In this document: positions 28,816-38,525 of the stretch, one piece after another
How the letters are laid out: each line of letters opens with the position of its first letter
Numbering within the stretch: position 1 is the stretch's first letter
DNA from: Candidatus Woesebacteria bacterium GW2011_GWF1_31_35
GTDB lineage: Bacteria; Patescibacteriota; Microgenomatia; UBA8517
Length of the DNA stretch: 64,000 nucleotides
Assembly: GCA_001029755.1 (NCBI GenBank)
Contig: CP011214.1
Location: 65,754-129,753 of the forward strand
Reading direction: 5' to 3'
Translations under genes and position numbers: made by a program
Notes under the pieces: generated by a model
What the model was told of the DNA's origin: nothing
The model's input: only the letters and a program-made list of their open reading frames with translations
Databases searched by the model: none

Positions 28816-31154
28816 GATTTTAAAGCATGCGACAAAACATCTTCAATTTCACTTGCAAAAATAAACTTAATATCATTTTTAACTTTTGTAGGTACGTCTT
28901 CCATATCCTTTTTATTATCTTTAGGAAGGATTATTGTTTTTAATCCCGCACGATGTCCTGCAATTGTCTTTTCTTTTACCCCACCTATTTCCATAACTTT
29001 TCCTCTTAAAGAAATTTCACCAGTCATTCCAGTATCTCTTCTTACTGGAATTTTAGTTAAAGCAGAAACCAATGCTGTAGTAATAGCAGTTCCTGCAGAT
29101 GGTCCATCTTTAGGTACTGCTCCTTCTGGAACATGAATATGAATATCTAATTTTTGAGAAAATGTCGCTTTTAATCCAAGTTCTTTATAATGAGCTCTTG
29201 TCCAAGTGAATGCAGCTTGAGCTGATTCTTTCATTACATCTCCCAATTGCCCTGTTAAAGTAAGTCTTCCACGCCCCGGCATTAAAGAAACTTCAATAAA
29301 TAGTATTTCTCCACCTGCGGAAGTTACTGCCAAACCTGTCGACATTCCTACTTCATCTTTTTTCTCTGCGATTAAAGATGAATATTTATATGGTCCTAAA
29401 AACTTTCTAACATTAATTTGTTTAATTATTTTAGGATATTTTTTCTTTTCAGCAACAAGTCTTGCAGTTTTTCTGCAAATTGCAGCTAAGTTTCTTTCCA
29501 AATTTCTAACTCCTGCTTCTCTTGTATACTTTGAAATAACTTCTTTTAAGGCACTGTCTGAAATTTTTATATCTTTACCATCCAATCCATGAGCTTTGAG
29601 TTGTTTATTCCAAATAAACTTTTTAGCAATTTCAAATTTTTCCTCTTCTGTATAACCTGCAAAATTAATTACTTCCATTCTATCGCGTAAGGCATTTGGA
29701 ATTGTATCTAATACATTTCCTGTTGTTATAAAAAATACTTCTGATAAATCAAAGGGCACTTCTAAATAATGATCTGAAAATTCTCTATTTTGTTCAGGAT
29801 CCAGTGCTTCTAAAAGTGCCGAAGATGGATCTCCTCTAAAATCTGCTCCTACCTTATCAATTTCATCAAGCATAAAAACAGGATTTCTTGTTCCTGCTGT
29901 TTTAATTCCCTGTAAAATTCTTCCTGGAAGCGCTCCAACATAGGTTCTTCTGTGCCCTCTTATTTCTGCTTCATCTCTAATTCCACCTAAAGAGATTCTT
30001 GCAAATTTTCTACCTAAAGCTTCTGCAATTGCTTTTCCAATCGAAGTCTTTCCGACTCCAGGTGGACCAATGAAACATAATATGGTTGGTTGATAATTAC
30101 TTTCTTTACCAGCTTTTTTCTTTAAAGATAGAAGTTTCATTACAGAAAGATATTCCAAAATTCTTTCTTTGGTTTTTTTCAAACCATAATGCCTTTCATC
30201 CATAATTTTTCCAGCTTTTAAAATTGAAACATTATTAGTACTTAAGGTACTCCAAGGCATATCGCAAAGCCAATCAAGATAATTTCTTAAAAATCCTGAT
30301 TCAGGATTAAAACTACTCATTTTAGAAAGTTTATCTAATTCTTTTTCTGCCTTTTCTCTTACATCTTCTGGCATTTTGGCATCAATAATTTTTTTCTTGT
30401 ATTCTTTTACTTCCTCTGACGCAATTTCTCCTTCTTCTCCTCCAATTTCTCCCAATTCTTTATCAATTGCTCTTTTCCTTTCTCTTAATATGTTTTTCTT
30501 CATTGCGTCATCAAACTGTTTTTGTGTATTTGAATTAATAGTTTTTTCAATCTCTAAAACAGTTATTTCTCTTGAAAGAAGTTCATATACTTTCTTCATT
30601 CTTTCAATTAATGGAAATGTTTCTAGAATTAACTGTTTTTCAATTGGTTTAATATCCAAAACTGAAGCTACTTGATCAGTTAATTCAAATGGGTTTGAAT
30701 TTTCAGAGATTAACTTAACAACTGTCATTACCTCTACCATTTTCCCTAATGCTAAGGCTTTTTTAAAGGCTTCGGCTAATTTTTTAGATAATGCTGAAAC
30801 TTCAGTTGAATCATCATTTTGGTCAGGTAATTCTTCAACATTTCCTACTAAAAAGGGACTTCCAGAAACAATTTGTGAAAGTTTTACTCTTACTTGACCT
30901 CTTACTAATGCATGTGTTCCTTCATCTACAGACATCATTTGAGTAATAGTTGCAAGAGTTCCAATTTCATATAAATCAGATTTTAAAGGTTCATTTATGC
31001 GTGAATCTTTTTGAGTAAAGATTGCAACTAATCTGTCTTTCCCGAATGCTTCATCAGCAGCAGAAACTGATTTAGATCTTACAAATGAAAGTAATGTATC
31101 TGTGTGTGGAAACACTACTGACCCTCGAATTGGTATTATCGGTACAGTTCTCAT
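28800..31154 (-). CDS. lon: ATP-dependent Lon protease
   Basis: It has the LON N domain, an AAA+ module (GPPGVGKTS, Walker B) and a C-terminal S16 protease with PKDGPSAGTA (catalytic Ser) and a downstream Lys. Confidence 0.95.
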   Translation of the reverse strand: MRTVPIIPIRGSVVFPHTDTLLSFVRSKSVSAADEAFGKDRLVAIFTQKDSRINEPLKSDLYEIGTLATITQMMSVDEGTHALVRGQVRVKLSQIVSGSPFLVGNVEELPDQNDDSTEVSALSKKLAEAFKKALALGKMVEVMTVVKLISENSNPFELTDQVASVLDIKPIEKQLILETFPLIERMKKVYELLSREITVLEIEKTINSNTQKQFDDAMKKNILRERKRAIDKELGEIGGEEGEIASEEVKEYKKKIIDAKMPEDVREKAEKELDKLSKMSSFNPESGFLRNYLDWLCDMPWSTLSTNNVSILKAGKIMDERHYGLKKTKERILEYLSVMKLLSLKKKAGKESNYQPTILCFIGPPGVGKTSIGKAIAEALGRKFARISLGGIRDEAEIRGHRRTYVGALPGRILQGIKTAGTRNPVFMLDEIDKVGADFRGDPSSALLEALDPEQNREFSDHYLEVPFDLSEVFFITTGNVLDTIPNALRDRMEVINFAGYTEEEKFEIAKKFIWNKQLKAHGLDGKDIKISDSALKEVISKYTREAGVRNLERNLAAICRKTARLVAEKKKYPKIIKQINVRKFLGPYKYSSLIAEKKDEVGMSTGLAVTSAGGEILFIEVSLMPGRGRLTLTGQLGDVMKESAQAAFTWTRAHYKELGLKATFSQKLDIHIHVPEGAVPKDGPSAGTAITTALVSALTKIPVRRDTGMTGEISLRGKVMEIGGVKEKTIAGHRAGLKTIILPKDNKKDMEDVPTKVKNDIKFIFASEIEDVLSHALKSWPIK

Positions 31155-31651
31155 CGATTTAGCAGTCTAACAAAGTGTTTGCTAGATGTCAATTGTGAAA
31201 TTATAACTCCAATAACAGCGCCCCCGAAAATATCAATAGGATAATGAACATGGGCCATAATTCTAGCAACTCCAACCAAGCCTGCCATGATTAAGTAAAG
31301 TATCCCAATCTTTCTGTCGTGCTTTAATATCGTAGTTGCAAGAGCAAAAGCCAAAGCTGTGTGTCCTGATGGAAATGCTCCATCCCCTGGAATTGTTAAT
31401 GTTAAGGGAATTAAATTTTGAGACTGAAAGGGCCTTAGTGTTGGAAAAATAATTTTTATTGTTTCAGCTATCCCCCAAGCTAAGGCGCATGAAAAAATTG
31501 CATGAATTACGGTTTCTTTTTTAATCTTTCCATCGATTACCCAAAGAACTAGTAAACCAAAACACATGAGCCAAATTAAAATACTTGCTAGAAATGTAAC
31601 CATTACAAATAATGATATACTAAATTTACTATGATAAACAAAGTTTGTCAT
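31151..31651 (-). CDS. PAP2 family phosphatase (undecaprenyl-diphosphatase-like)
   Basis: PAP2 motifs are present (KIIFPTLRP, PSGHT, downstream H in RIMAHVHYPID), on a polytopic membrane protein. Confidence 0.7.
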   Translation of the reverse strand: MTNFVYHSKFSISLFVMVTFLASILIWLMCFGLLVLWVIDGKIKKETVIHAIFSCALAWGIAETIKIIFPTLRPFQSQNLIPLTLTIPGDGAFPSGHTALAFALATTILKHDRKIGILYLIMAGLVGVARIMAHVHYPIDIFGGAVIGVIISQLTSSKHFVRLLNR

Positions 31652-32004
31652 ATATTACATATATGATAAAAAGTTTTTTAAACGCATTTAGAGGAGTATC
31701 TGATGCCGTTAAAAGTGAGCACAATTTAAGAATTCACTTTCTAGCCTCAATCATAGTATTTGTCTTTGCTTATTTTTTAAAATTTTCACCCCAAGAATTT
31801 GCAATTTTAACTTTGACAGTATTTTTAGTAATTATCTTAGAATTAATTAATACCATGATTGAAAAGGTAACTGATATTATTTCTCCTGAAATTTCTGAAA
31901 GGGCAAGAGTTATAAAAGACATTTCAGCTAGTGTAGTTTTATTTGGAGCAATTGCATCAATAATTGTTGCTATATTTTTGTTTGTCCCAAAAATATGGGG
32001 TTAA
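31645..32004 (+). CDS. dgkA: diacylglycerol/undecaprenol kinase DgkA family
   Basis: A small 3-TM protein with the ELINTMIE motif typical of DgkA. Confidence 0.65.
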   Translation: MSYITYMIKSFLNAFRGVSDAVKSEHNLRIHFLASIIVFVFAYFLKFSPQEFAILTLTVFLVIILELINTMIEKVTDIISPEISERARVIKDISASVVLFGAIASIIVAIFLFVPKIWG

Positions 32005-32693
32005 AAAAAAATAAAAATCTTAATAAAGGCTTTATACTTATTGAATTACTTATAGTCTTAACAATAGTTGGAGTAATTTCAGTCTTTTCTGCAGTGAATG
32101 GCCCCACACAACTTCAAAAAGTAAGAGACGCTGTAAGAAAATCCCAAATTGATAGAGTTAAAAAAGCAATTGAAGAATATCACCAAGATACGAATTGTTA
32201 CCCTCAAACAATTCCAACCTGCACAAATAGTATTAATAATGAAGAGTTGGTTTATCTTGACAAAATTGGTTGTGATCCTAAAACAAAACTTTCCTACACC
32301 TATGTTTCAGAAATTAGTGAATGTCCTAAATGGTATCAACTTTATGGCAATTTGGAATATACATTAGATAAAATTATAGACAAAATTGGCTGTCGTGAGG
32401 GTTGCGGACCAGACTGTAGATTTAATTATGGAGTTTCATCTTCTAACCAAAACTTGGATCCATATTGTAAATATCTAACTGCATCTCCAGTTCCAGGAGG
32501 CGGTACTCCTGGACCAACAACAATCCCTGAACCTCCATTACAATATGTTTGTGCACCAAATGGTGCTTGTGAGGTTTTTGAAAATCCTAATTTATCAGGT
32601 TGTCCTGATATTTATATAAATGATCCTTTATGCCAAGGAGCATGCGATAAAAAGGTAAACACTTGCCATGATGACAGAGGAAAAACAAATTAA
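31995..32693 (+). CDS. type IV pilin-like protein with a Cys-rich C-terminal domain
   Basis: It has the prepilin N-terminus KGFILIELLIVLTIVGVIS (class III signal with a Glu at +5 equivalent) and about 14 Cys in the C-terminal 150 aa. Confidence 0.6.
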   Translation: MGLKKNKNLNKGFILIELLIVLTIVGVISVFSAVNGPTQLQKVRDAVRKSQIDRVKKAIEEYHQDTNCYPQTIPTCTNSINNEELVYLDKIGCDPKTKLSYTYVSEISECPKWYQLYGNLEYTLDKIIDKIGCREGCGPDCRFNYGVSSSNQNLDPYCKYLTASPVPGGGTPGPTTIPEPPLQYVCAPNGACEVFENPNLSGCPDIYINDPLCQGACDKKVNTCHDDRGKTN

Positions 32694-32701
32694 ATATTTA
32701 A

Positions 32702-33589
32702 CTATTTAGACAAAACATAGATTAATCCAGTTTTGTCATCAGATATAAAAAGTTTTCCATTTTTATCAAAGATTAAATCTGTTGGTCTTCCTAAGACTTC
32801 ACCACTTCCTTGAATAAATCCTGTAACAAAGTTGGTCATGTTTTGAACAGATCCTGCAAACATGACAAATCTTAATATTTTATTATCTGTGGAAACTAAT
32901 AAATTACCATCACCATCGTAGGTAAGACCTAATGTTGAATCCAAACTTATTATTTTACCAGTTTCATCAAAAGTAAAAAAACTTGATTTTGATTGAACTT
33001 TTTCGAAAACTTTCAGGTCAGTACCATCTAAATTTGACTCTAAAATTTGAGAATTAAAAGGATCTGAAATATATAATTTATTATCTTTTATTTTTAATGT
33101 TCTAGGTAAATTACCCCCATCATCTGGAAACTCAATAATATTTTCTTTTGTACCCACTTCAAAAGAATAAGGATCATACTGGTACCTTGAAACTTTATTA
33201 GATTCAGTTACATATAAATATTGTCCATTAAATATTAATCCATGTGGTTTTTTAAGTCCTTTTAATACCTCAATTCTTTCATCCATTTTTAAATTTCCAT
33301 CATAATCAGGAAGCGCCACAACTCTTCCAGCACTAGTAATTGATGCAAAAAGTGTTCCATTACTATCGAATGCTAAAACTCTAGGCAATTCTCCTTTTAA
33401 ATCTGCAAATAAACTCAAATTATAACTTGAAGGAATTTTGATAGGAGAAAAAGTCTTGTCGTTTAAAGGCAAATATAGTTTTATATTTTTACTAGGTAAA
33501 ATTAAATAAGGATAATAATTTTTTAAAATATAAAAAGCTCCACCACCAATAATTATCAAAAACAGTAAAAATCCAACCAACCTTTTCAC
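32702..33589 (-). CDS. secreted beta-propeller (NHL/SMP-30-like) protein
   Basis: It has a signal anchor and repeated beta-strand blades (GKLFISDDKTGLIYVL, GNLLVSTDNKILRF). Confidence 0.4.
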   Translation of the reverse strand: MKRLVGFLLFLIIIGGGAFYILKNYYPYLILPSKNIKLYLPLNDKTFSPIKIPSSYNLSLFADLKGELPRVLAFDSNGTLFASITSAGRVVALPDYDGNLKMDERIEVLKGLKKPHGLIFNGQYLYVTESNKVSRYQYDPYSFEVGTKENIIEFPDDGGNLPRTLKIKDNKLYISDPFNSQILESNLDGTDLKVFEKVQSKSSFFTFDETGKIISLDSTLGLTYDGDGNLLVSTDNKILRFVMFAGSVQNMTNFVTGFIQGSGEVLGRPTDLIFDKNGKLFISDDKTGLIYVLSK

Positions 33590-33635
33590 CTTAATTCATT
33601 ATATATCAACTATGTAGTAAAATAGCAGTTATCAT

Positions 33636-33709
33636 TGCGGGGTCGTATAACGGCAGTACACATCCCTCTGGAGGATGTTATCTTGGTTCAAATCCAAGCC
33701 CCGCAGCCA
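33636..33709 (+). tRNA. tRNA-Gln (anticodon CTG), CCA encoded
   Basis: A hand-folded cloverleaf: U1-A72 acceptor TGCGGGG/CCCCGCA (as in bacterial tRNA-Gln), anticodon stem CATCC/GGATG with loop CTCTGGA, T-arm CTTGG-TTCAAAT-CCAAG, discriminator G, then CCA. Confidence 0.8.
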
Positions 33710-33865
33710 AGACGTGCAAGTTTGGAACGGTGCCCTCAACATTCACACCTTTAATTTGTGGGTACCTTTAGAATATGGTTGGTTCCTTTTGCTTACTCTG
33801 TCATTTAGGATTCAAACGACAACTCATTTCTCGTAGAGAAGGCCTGTAAGTGATACAATATTGCC

Positions 33866-34561
33866 ATGCTTAGCCTTAAAACATTGGATGTAGACCAGAG
33901 AACGGTTCTTATAATAAAACTCTTACAAGAACAGGTTGTCGATCAACGAAAAAAACTTGCGTATTGGAGAGATCTTACCAAACAACCATCTCAGATAGAC
34001 ACGGGTTATATCTCACAATATTTGCTTAGCTTAATTACATCCATATATGGTGGACTAATGAGAGGTAAAGGAACAGATCTTGATGATGGTTCAGAAATTA
34101 AAGCAGCAAACTTTTTAGATTCTTTAGATAAAAAGGGTGCCACAGCGCCCAGATGGAATTTATCGTCAAATAACTTAAAAACAATGGAGTCCTTCTTATC
34201 ATTCCCGGCTCTATACTTGGTGTCAATGGATCTTAACCCCGCTGGTAAATTTAGAACTCGAGTTTGGAAACTTGACCCAAATAAACACATTCTATTTAGA
34301 AAAAGGTATCTAGAATGGATGGAAAAATTGGGTAAGGTTAAACTTGGAGATCCGGGAAGGCCAGGTATAAATTTTCAATTATTTCCACCTCATAATAAAA
34401 CAGATGAAAGTTTCGCCAGACATGGAAATGGTAGAACAAATGGCTTTTCTCCAATTAAAATCGAACTTGAAGGTGTTCAGGGAGCAAAGAAAATACTACA
34501 TGCAGAAGAGAATAACGGTGTTATAGAAGTTATTTACCTAGATTCCAACATTACTGTATAA
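33866..34561 (+). CDS. putative type II restriction endonuclease (PD-(D/E)xK-like), partner of adjacent methyltransferase
   Basis: A 231-aa protein with the acidic cluster GTDLDDGSEIK (D...ExK). It converges on, and overlaps by 24 nt, the 3' end of an N6-adenine methyltransferase. The assignment rests mainly on genomic context. Confidence 0.3.
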   Translation: MLSLKTLDVDQRTVLIIKLLQEQVVDQRKKLAYWRDLTKQPSQIDTGYISQYLLSLITSIYGGLMRGKGTDLDDGSEIKAANFLDSLDKKGATAPRWNLSSNNLKTMESFLSFPALYLVSMDLNPAGKFRTRVWKLDPNKHILFRKRYLEWMEKLGKVKLGDPGRPGINFQLFPPHNKTDESFARHGNGRTNGFSPIKIELEGVQGAKKILHAEENNGVIEVIYLDSNITV

Positions 34562-36637
34562 ATTTTCGAACAGCAATTTAATATTTCTGTTTGCGTCATA
34601 TTTTTTCTCCTCATAATTCTTTATTTTTTCAGCAATCTTAAGCAGTTCTTGTTCGCTAGAACTATTCTTTTTGGGCCATGGAAGTTTGATATCCATTAGC
34701 TCAGAATCCTTAATTCTATTATGCGAGGATGACGTGCCAGAGGTTAATGATAAAACTTGTTTTAAAACAATATCAGTTAAGAGTAGTGTCTTAAGTAAGT
34801 AAGTATACTTTTCTTCATATGGCTTAATAATTTCAAATTCGCTAGAGCAGGTTAGGATTATGTTTGTATCAAACACTACAGTTACTCTTGGAATTCGTGG
34901 GTTAATCTTAGAAAACAATATGTCACCTGGGTAGCACTCTCTACCTGGAGAAATAGGATTGTATTTCATAACTTCATCTACTTTGATCGTAGAGTCTTCA
35001 TTAATATGTAAAATGCTTATATGCTTGACCGTATCAGAAGCAGATTTCTTTTTTCTATTTTTTGTACAAAACTCAGCGATCTTTTTTAGGGGAATGATTT
35101 CAAATTCCTCTGAGTTAATTTTTTGGAAATTCGACACCGTATGTAATCTATCTGCACTATAGAAATTAGCATTCCATTTCCCATTAATGAGTTGTTCAAA
35201 CGGGAATATTACCACTGAGGGCTTCGTACTTAAAACCTTAATTCCGTGATGTTCCTTTGCTGAATTATATAATTCAGCAATTGTTTCCAAGTCATTAGTT
35301 CCAGAATAAATTTTGGTTGCAGTTCCTACCTTTTCTTTAACTTCATAACCTATATCGCTTGCTGTGGCCATAAATATTCCATTTTGTTGAAATTTTTGCT
35401 CATATGGCTTCTGAATATACAAAATAGAGCATTTAGTTCTAGTTCCTGCTTGCGCAAAAGTAACCGCTGGTAAATCAATAACTCCTCGCAAAATAAACCT
35501 TGTCGATAAAAGGTCTCTATAAACCTCATTCATTCCTTTCGATGACACTATTCCATCTGGAACAACTATTAAAAGTCTTCCGCCTGGCTTAAGAAGTTTC
35601 AAACATCGATCAAGCATGATTAGTTCTGAATAGAGAGTTTTAACATTGGAGTATTCTTTAATTTCTGAAAGAAATTCGTATTTATCAGATTCGGAAATAA
35701 TTTCGTCTATATTAAATTCGGCACCAAAAGGTGGGTTTGTAAGAATTAAATCAACCTTACCCACGTATTGATCTATGAAAGAATCCCCCAATATACTATT
35801 CCCTTGTTGAACCAGTTCAGGATTAAGCCCAGATAACAAATAGTTTATTTTAGACATCCTGACCATCCGGTCGACTTTGTCTTGACCTATGAATCCATTA
35901 TTTTTTCTTAAAGAAATTATTTTGCCTTTATTTTTAATATTCGAAGATTCAATAACTTCGACCAATTTTTTATATGAGTAGATAAGAAATGAACTGACAC
36001 CACTTGTTGGATCAAGAACTATAAACGAATCAGGGTTTTCAGATAAAAGGTTGTCGTAAGAAGACTTGTCGTTTTTAATATCTTTAAATGCAATCTCGAT
36101 AGCTGTGTTCACGACTTCCACCGGGGTCATGTATTGGGCGTCTTCTTTATGGTTTCTAAAGTTATCTCGAACAAAATGTCCAAAAGCTTCATTTAATATA
36201 TCTATATTTTTATTTGTGCCTCCATTCTCTGTAAGATTAATGTTATTAATGACTTTAATAATTTTTATCGCAAAGTCATTATCAGTAGTCTGAATATTGA
36301 GGTGGGCGTTTGATCCAAAAACGTTAGAACCGTCTTTGTTAATGAACATCTTATTTTCAGCTATGTCGGAAAACACAGATTGGAGGGCATTTGCAATGTT
36401 TTTCTTATCCCCAAATTTGGCTAGAGCAACCTTTTCTAAATGGGCTAGATCTAGAGAACTAGAGTTATTTTTAAGATCAAAGTATTTAATAACGAGCAAT
36501 TTAAGTATCTCATCAAGCTTCGTGTTGGCGTCATCATACCGCCCTGTTTTGTGAAATTCTTCTTTTAACTCATCCAGGGCAGTATTAAAATTGTCTAGAA
36601 GAATTTCGTTAGATGGTTTTAGGGTAAGTTGAGTCAT
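34538..36637 (-). CDS. N6-adenine DNA methyltransferase (gamma-class, HsdM-like catalytic domain with fused C-terminal target-recognition region)
   Basis: It has motif X-like AQYMTP, motif I DPTSGVSSFL and motif IV LILTNPPFG. The C-terminal 300 aa are non-catalytic. Total length is 699 aa. Confidence 0.75.
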   Translation of the reverse strand: MTQLTLKPSNEILLDNFNTALDELKEEFHKTGRYDDANTKLDEILKLLVIKYFDLKNNSSSLDLAHLEKVALAKFGDKKNIANALQSVFSDIAENKMFINKDGSNVFGSNAHLNIQTTDNDFAIKIIKVINNINLTENGGTNKNIDILNEAFGHFVRDNFRNHKEDAQYMTPVEVVNTAIEIAFKDIKNDKSSYDNLLSENPDSFIVLDPTSGVSSFLIYSYKKLVEVIESSNIKNKGKIISLRKNNGFIGQDKVDRMVRMSKINYLLSGLNPELVQQGNSILGDSFIDQYVGKVDLILTNPPFGAEFNIDEIISESDKYEFLSEIKEYSNVKTLYSELIMLDRCLKLLKPGGRLLIVVPDGIVSSKGMNEVYRDLLSTRFILRGVIDLPAVTFAQAGTRTKCSILYIQKPYEQKFQQNGIFMATASDIGYEVKEKVGTATKIYSGTNDLETIAELYNSAKEHHGIKVLSTKPSVVIFPFEQLINGKWNANFYSADRLHTVSNFQKINSEEFEIIPLKKIAEFCTKNRKKKSASDTVKHISILHINEDSTIKVDEVMKYNPISPGRECYPGDILFSKINPRIPRVTVVFDTNIILTCSSEFEIIKPYEEKYTYLLKTLLLTDIVLKQVLSLTSGTSSSHNRIKDSELMDIKLPWPKKNSSSEQELLKIAEKIKNYEEKKYDANRNIKLLFENLYSNVGI

Positions 36638-36669
36638 AAATAGATTATTATCTCATTTTCAGATTAAAA

Positions 36670-37989
36670 TCAACTATAACTATCTGCATCAACCTTTTGT
36701 TCTTGATATGCAGATATAAAGCGATCCTTAATACACAACTGTGTATTTAAAGCTTTTACGAGATCTCTTTTTTCTTGAATTGTTCCACTAGTAAGAATAT
36801 ACTTGGCGAAATTTACAGGGTCTAAAGGTCTACTGTTTGGATTAATATCTTGTTCATAAAGTATCTCTTCCCTTATAGATAAATATGAGGATGCGCTTGT
36901 TTTTAGCACTTCAGTAAACTTTAGAAAATTTGGATGGGCAATATTCATAAAGTTTATATATCGCAAAATCTGTTTTATCAGTTTATCCTCACTAATATAT
37001 GGTTCAGTACACTTACTAAGTGGACGTGCACAATGATAGTAAATATGTCTTCTTGGTTCTGCCCATTTTCTCTTTCTCAGTCGATCCTCCCCAATAATAT
37101 TTGATCCGCAATTGCCACACTTAAATAAACCTTTAAATGTAATCACTTTTTCTCCCCAGCCTGATTTTGGGTATGTAATTAACTGTTCTTGTACTTTATC
37201 GAATACTCCTTTAGTAACTAAGGGTGGATGTTTTCCTTGATACCACACTCCACCTCCGACAGGGTATTCAAATCTCCCATAATAGAAGGGGTTTTTGAGC
37301 ATCTGGTAAATCTGACTGAGCGCGACTCCTTTTCCTTTCCGTGTTGTTATCTTAATCTGATCAAACCATCTTTTGATCGTTCTTCCACTATCACCATTCT
37401 TTGCAACCCTCTCAAACATCTCGGTAATAATGTAGCCTCTGTCTGGATCGACAATAATGTCCTTCAATCCACCCATAGCACGGTTGTAGTAGCCGATTGG
37501 AGGTGGCCCAGGTCTCCACCCCATTGAACATTTTGCTCGGATACCTCTTTTAACATTAATCCCTTTCTGGTCGTTCTCAAGCTTTGCTTGCGAGCAGAGA
37601 ATCATAAGTAAGAACTTTTCATTCGGATTATTTGAGAAACTTTGCGAGAAAGTTTTGATTTGATGTAGTTTCTCTTGATCCATAAGATCCACAAGCATTC
37701 CGAGATCTCCGGCGTTTCTACTAAGTCTGTCTGGTGCCCAAGTCAGTATGCCTGTAAACATTCCAGCTCTTATGTCAGTAATAAGCTGACTAAACACTGG
37801 TCTCTGCCCTGACATTTTTGCTGAATGACTTTCTTTGCGGATTTCTTTTATGAAGAAATTTTCTCGTACTGCCATTTCGCTCATCTCTTTAATCTGGGAA
37901 TCTATCGACATTGCTTGACGCTCATCGTCCTCACTCGATTTTCTGGCATAGAGACAGTACTCGGTTGATGTTACTAAGTTTGGTTCCAT
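36670..37989 (-). CDS. large serine recombinase (integrase)
   Basis: The N-terminal resolvase domain has the catalytic Ser context YARKSSEDDERQAMSIDSQ. The recombinase domain, zinc ribbon CGNCGSN...YYHCARPLSKC and C-terminal coiled-coil follow. Confidence 0.85.
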   Translation of the reverse strand: MEPNLVTSTEYCLYARKSSEDDERQAMSIDSQIKEMSEMAVRENFFIKEIRKESHSAKMSGQRPVFSQLITDIRAGMFTGILTWAPDRLSRNAGDLGMLVDLMDQEKLHQIKTFSQSFSNNPNEKFLLMILCSQAKLENDQKGINVKRGIRAKCSMGWRPGPPPIGYYNRAMGGLKDIIVDPDRGYIITEMFERVAKNGDSGRTIKRWFDQIKITTRKGKGVALSQIYQMLKNPFYYGRFEYPVGGGVWYQGKHPPLVTKGVFDKVQEQLITYPKSGWGEKVITFKGLFKCGNCGSNIIGEDRLRKRKWAEPRRHIYYHCARPLSKCTEPYISEDKLIKQILRYINFMNIAHPNFLKFTEVLKTSASSYLSIREEILYEQDINPNSRPLDPVNFAKYILTSGTIQEKRDLVKALNTQLCIKDRFISAYQEQKVDADSYS

Positions 37990-38135
37990 TTGTTTAGAAA
38001 TCTCTTAAATTTATCTGCTTGTTTAAAGAACTTTCCGCAATATTCGCCATCCTTAGTAAGGGCGTACTTATAGAAGTAGTACATACACATGTGGAGGTGT
38101 TTGAGAGCCTTTTGCTTTTGATCCTGATTATTCAT
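37974..38135 (-). CDS. small Cys/His-containing ORF overlapping the recombinase start (candidate accessory/directionality factor)
   Basis: A 53-aa hand-translated ORF (MNNQDQKQKALKHLHMCMYYFYKYALTKDGEYCGKFFKQADKFKRFLNKWNQT), co-directional with the recombinase and overlapping its start by 16 nt. It is below the ORF-track cutoff. Confidence 0.2.
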   Translation of the reverse strand: MNNQDQKQKALKHLHMCMYYFYKYALTKDGEYCGKFFKQADKFKRFLNKWNQT

Positions 38136-38189
38136 CAGGTACAAGGTACCGCAAAGGTGGTGGAAGTCTAGCCCTCAAAAATACTATAG

Positions 38190-38399
38190 CTAGGAGATAT
38201 CTATGGAGATTTTCAAAATACGAGCGATCTTGCTCAAAACTTCTAGGGAGGGGCCGTTTCTGCCTTGCTCTATATAGCCCATATACGCTCGACTTATACC
38301 AACCTTATCCGCAAGTTCTTCTTGGGTTAGCCCAATTTGATTGCGTCGTTTCTGGATTTTCTTTCCCAATACCTTTGGTAATTTTGCATTCTTGCGCAT
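38190..38399 (-). CDS. XRE family helix-turn-helix transcriptional regulator (Cro/CI-like)
   Basis: The HTH IGLTQEELADKVGISRAYMGYIEQGRNGPSLEVLSKIARIL is present, and the protein is 69 aa. Confidence 0.8.
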   Translation of the reverse strand: MRKNAKLPKVLGKKIQKRRNQIGLTQEELADKVGISRAYMGYIEQGRNGPSLEVLSKIARILKISIDIS

Positions 38400-38435
38400 G
38401 TGTTAATTGTCGAAAACATTGAACTCATAGTCCAC

Positions 38436-38497
38436 TTAGCCACAGTTAGCAAATAGCCTTGAAAGAAGCTTGATTTTATGCTAAATGTAAGTTAGCA
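38436..38497. promoter_or_regulatory. candidate operator region: TTAGC(A/C) half-sites including palindrome TGCTAA-N7-TTAGCA (38479..38497)
   Basis: It lies in the divergent intergenic region between the XRE gene and 38526..39377. Half-sites sit at 38436, 38446 and 38492, and there is a perfect 6-bp inverted repeat. Confidence 0.3.
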
Positions 38498-38525
38498 TTC
38501 AGGATATAAGAAAGGAGGTGAAAAT

